Below, piece by piece: positions 1-15,647 of a stretch of 64,000 nt of DNA. A program made the translations under genes and the position numbers. The notes beneath the pieces were generated by a model. It saw nothing but the letters and a program-made list of their open reading frames with translations. It did no database searches and had not been told where the DNA came from. This stretch comes from Sminthopsis crassicaudata (lineage: Eukaryota), in contig NC_133617.1 of NCBI RefSeq assembly GCF_048593235.1, positions 6,825,607 through 6,889,606 on the forward strand. The letters are read 5' to 3'. The stretch's first letter is position 1. Each line of letters begins with the position of its first letter.

Positions 1-300
1 GCTCCCCCCCAGATCGCCAAGTTGCTCCTTCCACCTGTGCTGCTGCCTGAAGGTGGAGAAAACCATAGCGCTGTCTTGAGTCCACACAAATTCACATCAC
101 AAGTGGACTTTACCTGTGCTGGGCACTCCTACATGCCTCCCTTACCAATTCACTAACTGCTGGGCCGCACGCTCAATATTAGTTGATTATGGACGAGGAA
201 GCAAAAAGGGGGGGCAGGAAATCCCGGGATGCTAAAGAGGAGCAGAGTTTTTCCCTGAGATGATTTTAAGTTTAATTCATCATGATCGTCCATAGTGTTT
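1..300 (+). mobile_element. L2 ORF2 remnant (about 1-165) plus flanking sequence; segment duplicated at about 20444-20930
   Basis: Resembles the recalled L2 consensus 'gctgctgaacgaagctggagaaaatcac...gggtccactacaaattcatg'. The same segment, including its non-L2 continuation, recurs at 20.4-20.9 kb. Confidence 0.6.
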
Positions 301-394
301 TACTAAGTGACCCATATCCTCAGATGGTAGGATTACGATGAAGCTGGGCAAAGTTGGCTGGTTGAGAGACTGTCTGCTTCTTAGGACTGCCAGG

Positions 395-560
395 GGTCAC
401 AGTGGACAGAGCGCTGAATTGGGTCAGGAAGACTCATCTTCCTCAAACACTGCCCAGCTGTGTGTGCTCCTGGGCAAGTCAGTCCTCTTTGCCTCAGTTT
501 CCTCAATTGTAAAATGAGCTAGAGAAGGAAGACACTGCAGAGTCTTTGCCAAACCTCAGA
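395..560 (+). mobile_element. MIR/CORE-SINE fragment
   Basis: CORE motif 'ctgggcaagtca...gcctcagtttcctcaattgtaaaatgag'. Confidence 0.75.
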
Positions 561-789
561 GAGCGGAACAGTCAGACTTGACTGAGACTCAGCTGCCTCT
601 ATCGATCAGGGCTAGAAAAAAACCATCTCAATCAGGTGTTCCCCCATTTGACCTTCCCCTTGGAAGCCTAGTCAACCTTAACTTTGATGAGGAAAAGCAA
701 GGGCAGGTTTAGGGACAGAGGCTCTGGGGGATGGGAGTGATCTCAAGTGATCACCTCTCACACCTTCGGCAACTGCCTGCTTGGACTAA

Positions 790-1200
790 GTGATGGGGTG
801 TTGACAAAATGGGGGAAGGGAGGGATTGCAAGGTGAGAAAGCCTACTTTTAATTTTCTCCAGGATGGCAAATTCATGGTACATGAGCATTCAGGGGATGG
901 AACTGAGCATATTTAGCATAAAGAACAATGAACACTTTCAGGAATATGATAAGTGACTTCCAGTATATGTAGAACTGTCACTAGGAAGGAGTTCTATTTG
1001 TCCCCAAAAAGCAAGATCAGGAGCAATGAGTAAATGTCAGTGAAAACAACAGTTTAAACTGTCCAAGTGAAATGGCTGCCTTCAGAGGAGATGTGTTTCT
1101 CTTTCTCAGAGGTCTTCAAGCAGAGATTGGACAACCATTGGTCAAAGACAATGTAGGAGGAATTTCTTTGGTGGATTGGTCCTTTCCAACTCTAATTCTG
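790..1200 (+). mobile_element. CR1/L3 LINE 3' end fragment
   Basis: 'gaggtcttcaagcagagattggacaacc...ggtcctttccaactctaattctg' matches the CR1/L3 3' terminus pattern. Confidence 0.65.
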
Positions 1201-1589
1201 GGAGTGTGACTCCTCAGCTGAGGGTCTCACCTCTTATTTTGCCAAGGAAAGAGTCCTTAGTTTCTTCTTTCTCTCACTTCTAGCCCTGGTCTCTAATCTC
1301 AGAAATGTGGTTTTTGTCCTTAGCAGGGCTAATTCTCTACTCAGTTTACAACTTTGACCATCTGCTCCTATTATCTTTAAGGTCTAACCACTAGGTCCTT
1401 CTCTACTGCTTGCCAACACGACCAAATCAATCAGCAAATGCTTATTAAAGCACTAGTGCAGTGCTGGCATTTCCCCCCATTCTTAAGAAATATTCACTTC
1501 ATTCAGCCCTTCCCTTTCTTTCTTTGGTGCCAAATTCTGAAAAAGCTTTGTCTTCTCATTTCCTCCACTTCCTCTCTTCCAGTGACTTC

Positions 1590-1915
1590 TCAACCCTTTT
1601 CAGCATCTTCCTTACCCCACTACCATAGCCAAAGTTCTCAAGTATCTTTCAAGAGCTACCCACAGGCCTCTTTGGAGTCCTCATTCCCTTTGACTTCTGC
1701 AGTGTCTGCCTCTGTGAGCTCCCTCTTCTCTTAAATATTCTCTTTTCTCTAGATTTTTGTGACAGTGCTCTTTCCTGGGGCTCTGCCAACCTGGCTTCTT
1801 TGCTGATTCATCAACCATGTCAGGCTCTATCCTGGGGCCTCTCCTCTTCCCCTTAGCAATGTCATCAGTGCTCATGAGTTCAATAATCATCTCCATGCAA
1901 GTGGCTCCTACGTGT
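1590..1915 (+). mobile_element. L2 reverse-transcriptase remnant
   Basis: Encodes GSILGPLLF and a degenerate HLYADD motif (HLHASGS). Confidence 0.7.
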
Positions 1916-2189
1916 AGGGATTCTTTTTCTGGCATGGGTTGGACTGGATGAGCACCGAGCTCCCTCCCACTTCTAAAGTCCTGTGGCTCTGTCTTTGATT
2001 AGTCTTTGGGATTAGGTCAAGAAAATATGCACACATTTGTAACTGGCGTGAAGTATCTTATACTACTGCTAGAGTAGGATTGGGAGAAAAGGCAAGAAAG
2101 GACTTTGATTCCTAGGAAAATTCTAGAATGGTAATACAGGAAATGGTTAATGAATATCCAAAAAATGGAAAGTGATGATATAAGAAGTC

Positions 2190-4290
2190 AGCAGTGCTTC
2201 CTCAAGAACAAATCATGCTAGAGAAAACATTTTCTTTCTAGACAGGATCTAAACTAGTAATGAGAGGAACACTGTAGATACCAACTACCTGCATTTTAGC
2301 CAAGTGTTTGATAAAATATCATGTATTATTCTTGCGAGGAAGATAAAGAAATAAAGATTAGATGATCATAATTAAATAACTTCAGAACTAAGTGGTTGTT
2401 CAGACTCAGAGAGTAGTAATTAATGAGTACATATCAACTTGACAGGTTATCAGTGGCATTTCCCAGGATCTTTTTTTTTTTTTTCTTTTAAAATGTTTTA
2501 TTGGGGCAGCTAGGTGGCACAGTGGATAGAGCATCAGCCCTGAATTCAGGAAGACCCGAGTTCAAAACTGATCTCAGACACTTAACACTTCCTAGCTGTG
2601 TGACTCTGGGCAAGTCATTTAACCCCAGCCTCAGAAAAAGAAAAAATAAAATGTTTTATTAATGTTCTTCTCTTTTTAAATATAGCTATCCATTTCCATT
2701 AACTCCCTCACCTACTTCCTAAAAGAAACCTCTCAAAACAAATAAGTAGAGTTAAGCAAACTAAATCAAGACACTGGAAATATAGGATAAAGAGAAGCAA
2801 GCAGTGTGCAGGATGAGATATGTTAGATGGAGGAGGAAACTCAAGCAGGAGAAAAAGTGTTTTCCTGAAGAAGTTAGGTAGAGGGCTCATTATAATCAGG
2901 GCAATAAACTGAAAAGATATCCCAAGGAAAGGGTGGAAAGAAATTAGCTTCTTATACTCCAAGTAGGTCAAATCATGAGCCTAGAAAGTATTTAATTGAT
3001 GAAAAGCCCCAAATATTTATGCTGTAAACTTAAGAGTTCTTTTTCTAAATCATGGGGCAATTAATTTATTTGCCTTTATGAGGTTAAATTCTATTTTTTA
3101 AAATGGAAGAGACTAATATATTATAGGCTGTATTCTACATTCTACTGGGATTAGAAGTTCTATTCTGGCTGAATTTCTCAAACTATGAATTTGGTAAACT
3201 TCATAGTCTCTTCTTCAATTATATGAGGGCAAATCATGGTCTGTTAATGTACTATCACTGATCTGAAATCCATCATTTGTGTTTGGAACAAATTCAGACT
3301 TTGCTTAATTATTTATAGTTCCTGAAAAGCATTTTTGTATTTTAAAGATGCAAGGTTAACATTTTTATCAGTGATATGAATAATGGCATAGACAATATGC
3401 TCATCAACTTTTCAGATGACACAAAGCCATTAGGGATCATTAATTTATTGGATGACAAATCCAGGATCCAAAAAGATATTGATAGGTTGGAACATTTGGG
3501 TGAATCTAACAAAATACAATCTAGTCAGGATAAAGGTAAAGTTTAAAACTTTGGTTCCAATCATCTGACCTTTACAAGTACAAAGTGGGGGTGGATGGTT
3601 GGGTAACAGTTTGAAAAACAGTTGGGGTTTTGAGTGGATTGTGAACTCAATATAAGTCCAAAGTGTGATGTGGCAGCCCTAAAAGCTAGTGAAATCTTGA
3701 AATTCAGAGGGTTATAGGACTTTAGTACAGGAATAATCCCTTTGTACTATTCCCTGGCTAGGGCTTATCTGGAAAACTGTTCAGTTCTGGGCTTTATGGT
3801 TTAAGAAATAATGCCCATCTTTAGTGTTCATAAGAAGGTAATCAGAATGGTGAAGGGCATTGAGTTTATAATATATGAAGACTGATTGAAAGAAATAGGG
3901 ACGATTGAACTGGAGAAAAATAAACTTGGTAGGACATGTTAGCTGTGTTCAGGTATTTAAAGAATTGTCATGTGAGGAAGAATTTACATTTGAGGTCAGG
4001 AAGAATTTTCTGACAACTAGAGCTATCCTAAAGTGGAATGGAGAAAGAAATGGCAAACCACTCTAGTATCTTTGTCAAGAAAACACCAAATGGGGTCATG
4101 AAGGGGCAAACACAATTAAACAACAAAACAAAACAAAAAAAAAAAAAATGAAATGAATTGTCCTGAACTTGGGGTTCCCTCATTGGAGGTCTTCAAGTTG
4201 AGGCTAGAAGACCACTTCTTAGGTATTTTAGAGCAGGGATTCCTTTAGAGCCTCTGAATCCCTTCTAAGTCTCAAATTGTGTCTTTCTGG
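2190..4290 (+). mobile_element. Fragmented CR1/L3 ORF2 (about 2190-2468, 3340-4020, 4150-4290), interrupted by younger insertions
   Basis: Degenerate RT motifs (equivalents of 'YLDFSKAFDK' and 'FADDTK', here NFSDDTK), followed by a CR1 3' end. Confidence 0.7.
2503..2650 (+). mobile_element. Marsupial CORE-SINE (WSINE1/Mar1-like), full length
   Basis: tRNA-like head 'ggggcagctaggtggcacagtggatagagc', A-rich tail, target-site duplication aaaatgttttatt at 2490-2502 and 2648-2660. Confidence 0.9.
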
Positions 4291-4432
4291 AAAAATCACA
4301 CACACAAAAAAAAGTCACAACATTATTTTAACCCAAAAAAATGACCTATTATTGATATGGAAGTTATTCCTGAATCAGATGTCTTTGTACAGTCTGACTA
4401 GGGACTTAGTAAAAGGTCAAAATTAATATAAC

Positions 4433-4545
4433 CCATATATTGTAACACATGTAAAATGTATGGGATTACCTGCCATGGGGGGGGGGGGAGGGAGTGGAGG
4501 GAGGGAGAGGATAATTTGGAAAAATAAATAAATAAATAAAGGGAA
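4433..4545 (+). mobile_element. L1 extreme 3' end
   Basis: 'tgtaacacatgtaaaatgtatgggattacctgcc', G-rich tract, then (AATA)n tail. Confidence 0.75.
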
Positions 4546-4654
4546 AAAAATTAATATAACCCAGAAAAATAAAAATGAGAAAGATACAATTTTTTTTAAA
4601 TTCTAGCATGACCTATTTAAACAACTTACTGATAATGGAAAATGGGATATCAAA

Positions 4655-5420
4655 CCAAATAAATTCAATAAAGATTTATTAAGTCCCAATTAAATGTAAG
4701 ACATTGTATTAAGTGTAGACGATTATAAGACAGAAACAAAACAGTCCTCAATGGAAATATACATGGATTACTAACTGCAAAATTAATTCACTAAATTATT
4801 GGGTAAGGGAGCAGACATCATGGAGCAATAATATCTAGAATGACAAGGCAAAGGTCTTATGTAGGAGATAGCACTTAAATTAAATCTTAAAAGGAGTTAG
4901 GAATTTTAAGAGGTAAAAGGTAGAAGTGAGAACATTTTAGGCCAGCAGAAAGATGTAAAGGCAAGAGATGGAATGAAAGGTTCAGGGAGCAGAAAGCTGG
5001 ACAATTCATTTGGACATCAGAATGAATGAGGGGAAACAAGGTGAAATAAACCAGAAAGACAAGTTAAAGTAATCCCAGGAGAAGCTTCAAATGCGTGAGA
5101 AGTTTGTATTTTGCATTGGAGTCAAAAGTAAGTGATTGAAGATTCTTGAGAGGATGAAAAACATAGCAAAGGCCAAGCTTCTGGATGATTATTTTGAAAA
5201 CTGGGTAGAGAATGGATTGGGAACGGAGAGTTTAACTAGGAAGTATTGCAATTGTTCAGGTGAAGAATGAAAAGGGCATGCACTGAGTGGCTATGTGAGT
5301 AGAAAAAAGATTAGATGCTAGACATGTTATAGAGATAAAAATCAAGACTTGGCAAATGATTTGAAACTGGAGAGGAATAAGGATGAATGGGATGATGGAT
5401 TCAAAAGCGTAATCAGGAAG
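4655..5420 (-). mobile_element. L2 3' region
   Basis: Typical L2 tail ('caataaagatttattaagt...gtattaagtg') followed by purine-rich L2 antisense sequence. Confidence 0.7.
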
Positions 5421-5686
5421 GAAGAGGGGCAAATTTTCCTCTGATTATCAGGAGAAAGGCTAATGAGCTCCTTTCAGATTGAAACAAAATTCTCCAAAGT
5501 GCGTCATCTGCTGCAAATGTGGAAGTGAACAGAGAGGAAAAGATCTGGAACAGCTGTTGTATGAAATTTTGTATGTTGCATGAAATTAGATGGGAATTTG
5601 ATTCATCCACAAGATTTCCCTTGGGTTAAAGTTTCTACTTCCTGCAAAAGAATGCACTCTGGCCAAAAACCTGAAACTTGTTTCTT

Positions 5687-7504
<1,818 letters not shown>

Positions 7505-7764
7505 TTAAAATTAATTATTTCCTCAGTCTCCTGCTACATACATATTATTGACTTCTGTATCAACTATCAAGAAATGTGATTGGACAACTTTAAAAAGAAT
7601 AAATAATAATAATTGAATATTATATCCTAAGGTCAAGGAAAGTCTTTCATAGTTCTTCAAGTGTTACATAAAAATGTATCATTATTTTGTAATGATGTAT
7701 ACTTTATGGAGACAACTAAGTAGAGTGCCGAGTTTTGTTCTTAAAATTAGGAAAAACTGATTCT

Positions 7765-8188
7765 AAAAACCAGCTCTGTGACCTCAAAATCATAAGTTAT
7801 TTAACTTCTATGTTCCTCAGGCAACTTCCTAGGACTAATCACAGATTATTTGGTGGAAGGAGTTGCAAAATCATAGATAGGTTGCGTTTTTACATTCAAT
7901 TCATTTATATTTGAAGAAACTGGAACTTAAATTAATTTAAATTAAAGTAAATTAAATTAGCAATCTCATTGCTAATATAAAAACCAGCTCTGTGACCTCA
8001 AAATCATAAGTTATTTAACTTCTATGTTCCTCAGGCAACTTCCTAGGACTAATCACAGATTATTTGGTGGAAGGAGTTGCAAAATCATAGATAGGTTGCG
8101 TTTTTACATTCAATTCATTTATATTTGAAGAAACTGGAACTTAAATTAAATTAAAGTAAATTAAATTAGCAATCTCATTGCTAATAAA
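7765..8188. repeat. Near-perfect tandem duplication, unit about 214 bp
   Basis: 7765-7978 is repeated at 7979-8188; the copies differ by a 5-bp indel in the AT-rich end. Confidence 0.9.
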
Positions 8189-8899
8189 AATCAAAGTTCA
8201 AATGTAAAGCAAGATTTAGCTATTATTGTTGTTCTAACCCCAGGGCCCTTGTCAAACTCCTCTGTCTATGTTGCCTTGCTATAAGACAAAGTATATTTAT
8301 TTTTCAAAGTTTTAAAGGGACCATATTTGAAAGTGAAAGGTCTAACTTCCAGGATTATTTTTGGCCATGCCATGACATCTCTCCACAATGGAATAAAATG
8401 ACTATTTCTCAAAATGTTTAAGTCGAGGGTGGATGACCAGCAGTTCAGAATAATATAGAAATTTTGCATTGGGCGGGAGATTGGACTGAAGTGTTACTCG
8501 ATTTTCTCAAAAAAAAAAAAAAAAAAAAAGAATCTTTATTCTTCCTATGATTAAAAAGAATATGGATATTGGAATAGTGGGGGCTTTTACTTCATCTTCT
8601 CTGCCCTCCTTAGGGAAAGAGGTAGGGAAGAAGTGGGTCGTAGGAAGAGAAGCAGAGAGAAACAAAGAGAGACAGAAACATACACATAAAGAAAAAAAGA
8701 TAAACAGAGATAGAGGGAGAAATTCATTTCCAAAGATTGCAACTGAAAGATAAATTGAAAGAAATAATGAAACTAAAAAATAATTCCTTCAAAATTGTTA
8801 AGAATACAGAAATATGACAAAAGTAAGGAAGGCAGATAGAAGCCTCATATAAATGCCTGTCTTTATTTTTATTAGAGAAGGAAGGAGACAGGATCTTCA

Positions 8900-10075
8900 C
8901 AGAAGCAGCCTCACATAGCTTGATCAGGGTTAAAGGAGTCCTAGACACTCTTGCTGATGATTACAACCTAGTTCCTAGAATATCGACCCTGTGGGCGCAC
9001 TGGGCACATGACACAGTGAGTGTGCTGGCTACATCTCCCCATTTTGTGCCAGGGAACCAGATTTTTCTGAACTCTATTGTTTGCTTAAAACCAATCAATG
9101 TGTCATCTCTGCCTTCACTTAAGTTATGATAAAGATATTGAACAGAAGAGTTCCAATTCATAGGGCATGCTACTGGAGATTTCTCTATAAGATAACTCAC
9201 TAATGACTAATTTTGGGTCCTGCCTCTGTACTAGTTTCAAATCCTCTACCTGCCTTGTCAGTCATCTATAGCAAATCCTCACATTTTATCTCAAGCAGAG
9301 ACTGAGAGCTTGTTAGCAAAGCCTTTGTTGAAATCCATGTCTAACATTTCTGCGTAATTCTCCTGATTGGTCACTATTTACACTATTTTACAGAGCATAT
9401 ACATAAAAAAAAGAAAGAGGTCAGTTAATCATTGATTTCTTCTCTTTGGAGGAATGGGCTAACTCCAGATAAATCTGTACCAAGTCTTTCTAGATAATTT
9501 TTGAATCTATACAAAATGGTTTTAAGCTGAAAAAGGAAGGGGAGGATGAAAATTGCCTACATCTATTTGCCACATTAGACAGCAGAATGAGTAGTAAAAA
9601 TATAGGCAAACTAGCTCCAAAACTCCAAATGACAATGCTCAGTAATTTAAAGGAAAGTCAGGGCAGGAGCCAGCACCTCTCTGCCATGTATGTACCACAA
9701 GCATCTGCTCTCATGTGTTCCACAAGTCATTCTTGGCCTTTGCATGTGGGGAGGTGTGCCTAGTCTCCCAAAGGATCTTAAGCTTTTGGCCCACTCTTCT
9801 TTTAGTTCATTTATTACTTGTTGATATCCCAGGTGACAGAAATCCCAGCAAACTGGAGATCCAGCAGGTATGACTGATGAGCCATAGTGATTGATTTTTG
9901 GAAGGTATTGGGAATAAAATGGGGCAGAAGGGACAGAAACAGGCAAATGTTTTCAAGAATTGTTAAAAGGAGTAATAAACAAAGTCTATAAAATAAAAGA
10001 CTAGAGAGTTTGACTTTGATTCTGAGGAAAAAGTCCAGGGAATATCACTGAAGGGACATTTAGTAAACATCCAAG
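8900..10075. mobile_element. CR1/L3 ORF2 remnants (about 8900-9390 minus; about 9825-10075 plus)
   Basis: Minus strand encodes 'SPVACP..LSEGRDDTLIGF' (equivalent to GVPQGS..LDEGIDGTLIKF). Plus strand resembles the CR1 'PGPDEIHPRVLKEL..' region. Confidence 0.6.
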
Positions 10076-12237
10076 ATGCTTCCAAGATTGGCATAGCCAA
10101 GCTTGCAAAAGCTTGTAGCTAGTTAAATGGGCCACCTGATGGTGATCTTATAATCTGGAAGACCTTGCAAGCATTCCATCTCTGCCTTCACTTAGATAAC
10201 AAAATAAAAGGAAAATTCAAAGTGATCCTTAGTCCTGGGGCTTGCAAAATTGAAGAGCAGTAGAGAAAGGGAAAGAGGGCACTAAGAATCACATGGTTCT
10301 GAAAAGTTCACTAAGCAGGAATGGGACAGCTAGGATGGCTGGACAAATTGGGGAGCTTCATCTGCTGATGGCCAGGCACCCAACCCGCTCCCCCTGACAT
10401 TGCCTCCACAAGGGAAAATCAAATATGAAATAAAGCAGATGAATTCAATTAAGGCGCCTCAGGATGACATGATACACCTGCAGCTCACTGGTTTATAAAT
10501 GGTTGTAGACATGGGCTTTGATAAAAAGGAGAATTCTTACCTGGAGAACCAAAAGGACTCAGTGGTTCGAGCGAGCCTAAGAAAACCTGACCCTCAGGCT
10601 GACTATAAGCAATTCTAACCTGGAGAACCAACAAAGAAGTTGACTCAGTGGGAGAAGAAGAAAAAAAGCAAAGGCTCGAGCGAGCCTAAGAAAACTTGAC
10701 CCTCAGGCTGACTGTAAGCTGTAAGGAAGTGTGCCAGGGCAGATATTGAAGAAAGCACATGAGGGAGCCTGGCAACGAGGAAGAGCTCAGGGAGATGGCA
10801 TTCACAGAGCAGAAGCACAGAGTGGGATACCCCTCTTCTACATGTCAGATCAGTTCTCTACATGCTGAAGAAAAGTGGCCTTTCTCAGAGACACTGGCTC
10901 TAACAACTGTTTTCCAGCGTTCCATTTCCCTTCCAATCTTGGCTGCATTGGTTTTGTTTGTGCAAACCCTTTTTAATTCAACCTAATTAAAAGTATCCAT
11001 TCTGCATTTCATGATGTTCTCTAGCTCTTCTTTGGCCAGAATTTCCCCCCTTTACCACAGATTCTGCTAATTTGCTTAGAGCATCACCCTTTATAGGATG
11101 TTCCTCTCCAGCTTCTCAGTTAAAAAGACAAAGAAAGGATCAGGGATTGCAGGCTTGAAGTGAGCAAGTACGGCCTCCCCCAATTTGCAGATAGACAAAC
11201 TGAGGCAGACAGCAGTTCAAAGACTTGAACCTAGGTCTTTGTATCTCACCCTCCACAACAGGCTCAGAATCAGCACACACTGGGAAAAGCACCGGTTCTG
11301 AGTCACGGGCCTCGGGCCCAAATACTGCCACCCAAACACAGCCTTCTTGCACTTCGGCGTCTACCTCTGCAAAGGAATGGGGCTGGCCTGATGGTCTATG
11401 GGGTCCTCTCCTGCTCCCTCATGGTCTCTCTCAGTGGATCTAAGATCGTGGTTCATAGAGTGGAAAGGACAAGAGAAAAAGCTTCTGGAGTCCATGAACT
11501 GGGGCTCCGCAGGCCGTGGCCCTGTTGTTCCTGTTGGCCTTTCTCTGAACAAACACCCCAAGACCAGACCAGTCAGTAGGCCTGGGGGGAAAGATGGCTC
11601 AGGGGGTGGCAAAAGGATGGAGGAACACCAGTAACCTGAAGGAAAGCTGCTTAGACTTTCTAGTGATCAGAGCATGCAGACAAACAACTCTGAGACATCC
11701 ACCTTAGGTGACATGGTTCACAGATGATACAATGAACCTTGGGGGGCGGGGAGGAGGGCCTGGGAGACCAGGCCCAGGTCACCCATTGCCACTGGGATGT
11801 AAGGTGCCCATGCTCCCCAAGAGCCAGCAGATGCTGAGGTAAAACCCAACGTGGGCTCCCAGCAGGGAAGGCTGGAAATAAGCCCCAGTTTCATGGATGG
11901 GGCTAGGGGCTGGAGGGTTCTAGGACCTCAACCCTGTCCTGAGCCTTTGTGGCTTGGATCCCACGAACAGAGGATGATGGGAAGACCCCCAAGAAAGAAA
12001 GCAAGGGAAACAGCACCCTAACAGGTACGATCCTGGACAGAGGCTGGGGAGCCGAGACGGCAAAGAGAACATCACTAATTCGATTGATTCAGTGAAATCT
12101 GCTCGAGAGATAGAAGGAATGGGCAGGGATGGGCAGAGGGCCCATGGCCACACCAGAGAGCACAAGGGAAAAAGCCCCCTCCCCAGATCTTGGCCAGCAC
12201 AGGTCCCTGGACCTTAGGGGACACCTGACTCCCTCAC

Positions 12238-12333
12238 CTGCACGGCTGCTTCCTGGGGCGTCTCCTTCGGGCACCCACGGTCCTTCCCCTCGCTCCAGCT
12301 GGCAGACCACATGGGGACTGGAGACAGCAAGCC
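12238..12333 (-). CDS. Gene A exon 4, KRAB-B box (96 bp)
   Basis: 'gcacag|GG CTT GCT...GCA G|gtgag'; encodes LAVSSPHVVCQLERGEGPW. Confidence 0.92.
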
Positions 12334-12505
12334 CTGTGCATGGGAAACGGGAACGTTGGAGCCCCACAGCCCCCGGGGTCCACTCTTAGCCCTGGAAAGT
12401 GGCCATGATAAGAGGGGCCTTGGGGGCCCAGAGGGTCAAGGGGTCACCAGTGTCCAGAGCAAAGGCCTCTCCTTAGGTCCTGGCCCAGCTGGCCCTCCAT
12501 ATTCA

Positions 12506-12712
<207 letters not shown>

Positions 12713-13731
12713 TTAATATATGTATTGAACTACTAACCGCCCACCAGGCAGCTCCCAAGCTCCTTTAAGCAGTCTCACACTGAGAGCGGCTGGATTTTGG
12801 GGCTGAGGGCCCCAACCTGGCAATCCCACCTTCACCTAAGCAGCTAAGAAAGCACCAAGTCCAGTCGGACTCCGGGGACCCACGGAGCATGTCACCCCCT
12901 GTGTGGGTCAGCCAGCAACTCCACGAGTGGCCTTGGGCCATCCGCCAGGGCTTTATTGAGCAGGTGGGGGATGGGTGGGGTGCAGGCGTAACGGTAGTCA
13001 GGAATCCCACCTCACAGAAGGGGAAACTGAGGCTCAGAGAGAGCTTGGCCCTTGGCTCCTTCCCCACCCTGTGGGCAGCCCCTGAGGCCCATGGCACCTC
13101 CTGAGCTGGCCCTCATACGAACACAGGGAGGCAGGTCACAGAGCAGGGCTTGGGAACCAGGACAAGGACGTGGGGAGAGGAGGAACGGGAAACGGACACG
13201 AGGTTTTGGGAGGCTTCCTACTCTCTGGCTTCCATGCTTACTATGTGTGGGCCTGGCCAAGAGTCCTGCCCTGCTGACCCCCAGCCTCTCCCTGGAGAGG
13301 ATGGCAGGGAGGAGTGCCAGGCTTGGGAGGCCTGGAGGAGGCAGAACCCTGGGGAAAGCCCCTGATCCAGGCCTCTGTCCGCTCCTCTCTAGGGTGGAGA
13401 TGTCACCACTTGGACTCCCTCCTCCTGTGGGGGGTGGGGGCAGGGAGTGGGCTCATACTTTTGGTCACACATGTTTGCCACCCTCATTATTAGGCTCCTT
13501 CTGTATGAGCATCATGAATCACCCTGACAAGTGAGATGGGCCCTGGGAGCTGGGGAGGAGCGGTGGGGGCCGCTCTGGGCAGGGTCTGCCTCCTCCCCTG
13601 GACTAAGACCCTTCCTGCTCTGAATCGGTGACTCTCGATGGTCCCAATATTGTGGAGCAGAAGACAAAGAAAAGAAAGGATGAGTCCCATGGGCACTGGC
13701 CCATAACGCTTCTGGTCAACCCCCCACGTAC

Positions 13732-13816
13732 CTGGTGGGGCCTGGCCAGTGGGAGCACTGAGGCCATTCCGTCCTTGTGGGCCCTGCTCCTCTCTGGGAA
13801 AAGCCGGGACACAGAT
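13732..13816 (-). CDS. Gene A exon 2 with start codon (ATG at 13767; MASVLPLARPHQ)
   Basis: 'ctccccag|ATCTG...ATGGCC...CAG|gtacgt'; 36 coding nt, phase 0, homologous to exon 2 of genes B and C. Confidence 0.85.
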
Positions 13817-15647
13817 CTGGGGAGAAGGAGCACCATGGGGAGTCAGGCAGCAAGCACTATAGGTGGCTGTGAGACGGTCTAAGGCAGGGGGACAGAAAGA
13901 AAGACGTCTCCCCCGAGCAGCTCACCTCCTCAGTGCTGCCCCACCGTTCTCCAAAACAACTGGAAACTATGCTGAAAAACCTTTCGGCCCAGGACATGTT
14001 CCAGTGTGGGCGCACGCTTCTAAGGGCTCCCAACCCCCCAAATACCCTCAGTCGCCCTTCTGTAGCAGCAAGAGCCACAGCAGAATGGTGGGGAGGCTCG
14101 CCGACCACCACGTCAAGCTTCCCTGGCTTCCTCACGGCCTCGGCGCCGAGCCCACCGTCTGCATGGCGGCCGTGGCCGTGCCAAGCCCCCTTTTGGATCC
14201 CCGGGCTCCTCTCTGTGCTTAGCTGGGGTAGATGAGCCTCTGGGAACCTTTCTGCACAAAGTTCCTTTATTAAAAGTAACAAGGGGAGTGGTCTGCAGCC
14301 CCCACAGCGCCCCCCAAGCGCGAGGTGGAGAGTTCTTTGCAGTTCTCGGCTCGGGCTCCCCCAGCAGACCCCACGGGGCCTCCCTTTGTCAGCTTTTTGT
14401 AGCGGGGGCTCGGTTTCTGTTATCGGCCAGGACGGGCTCGGGCCAGCCTGGGTTAGTTTCACTCGGGACTTCCTAGGACTCCATCCATCATACGTTCATT
14501 TCCACAGCCCCTCCCCCCCAAGAGTGACTCATAGTGAGAACACAGAGTCACTTCTTATCTAAAATGTTGCCGCTGATAATGATTATAAAGCCACCCAGAG
14601 AAAAAGCGCTCAAGGACCTCCGGCGGATCTCCCGTCCTTGGGGACAGAGTGTCCCCTTAGAAGGTAAGCTTCCCGAGGGCAGGGTCTCCCTGTCCCGTAC
14701 TCCCAGCAGCCCTTGGCGCTCAGGAGGCGCACGGCTTCTGACTGAACTAAGAGGCTCGGGGCCTGGCAGTGTTCCACAAGTGGGAGAGGGAGAATTCAGG
14801 AAAACTCGCGGAGATCTCTGGCTGCCGAGGTGAGGTGAGCAGAGCCGGGAAAACAGCCTCCCCAAAGGGCCCGAGGAAAACAAGGAAACCTTTGGAACTG
14901 CGCAAGCTCGGGAGCAGGAAACGCGCCCCTTGCAGATGTCACTCCCAGGGTCTCCATGTGTGACCCGGGAGCCCTGGCCCAGAACCGCCCGCGCGGCTCT
15001 AGGAGCAGCTCCAGGGGAACCCCTGGCGCTCAAAGTTAGGGACCCCCAATGTTCGGGTTTGTGGCCGCCGGGCGGAGCGTTCCCAGCTCGGACTGATCGG
15101 TCTGAGCACAGTCAAACCTCACTCGGCTCTTAACTTCGTGAGATCCTGGTTCTCTCTGAGACAAAGGTAACCACCCCACAAGTACTTGGGGATACAGGAG
15201 GAGGGGCTATGGGGCCCCACAAATGGGGGAGCTACTCGAGGCTGCGCACCCCCAGCAGGTATGGGGGGGACAACAGCCTGGATGATAGGGAGCCCCAGCA
15301 GGTGTGGGAGCTGTGTAGGGCTGCACAGGTCTCGAGGCGGGGAGATAGGGAGCCGCGGGGTCTGGGTCCTCTCCCACACAGTTGGAGCTCTTCCACTAGG
15401 GAGGCAGTCCTCAAAGAAAGGAGCCTGGGCTGGGCGGGGGAGCAGCCAAGCAGTTGATTGGTTGTCAGGTCGCGCCCCCTCAGGCTGACCAATAGGTGTT
15501 GAGAAGGCGTGGTCTCGGGGGAGTGCGCATGTGTGGTTACCTCTGGCAGACAGCTCCTCCCCACCTCCCAGGAGGCTCCGAAACCCAGGCCCGGCACTCA
15601 GCAGCCCCGCCGCCTGCGCGTCCGCCCGGCCCCTAGCTGTCACTCAC

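Noticed and set aside
2503-2575. tRNA-like A/B boxes
   Set aside because: These are heads of tRNA-derived SINEs, not tRNA genes (same at 60038 and 62764).
10534-10718. Imperfect tandem duplication of about 80-105 bp in gene A intron 4
   Set aside because: Real, but an ordinary local duplication with no functional signal seen.
13857-14462. 201-aa minus ORF in gene A intron 1, and a plus-frame PYRIN-like fragment 'LETMLKNLSAQD'
   Set aside because: GTG start, no recognisable domain, and similarity too short to support in GC-rich DNA.
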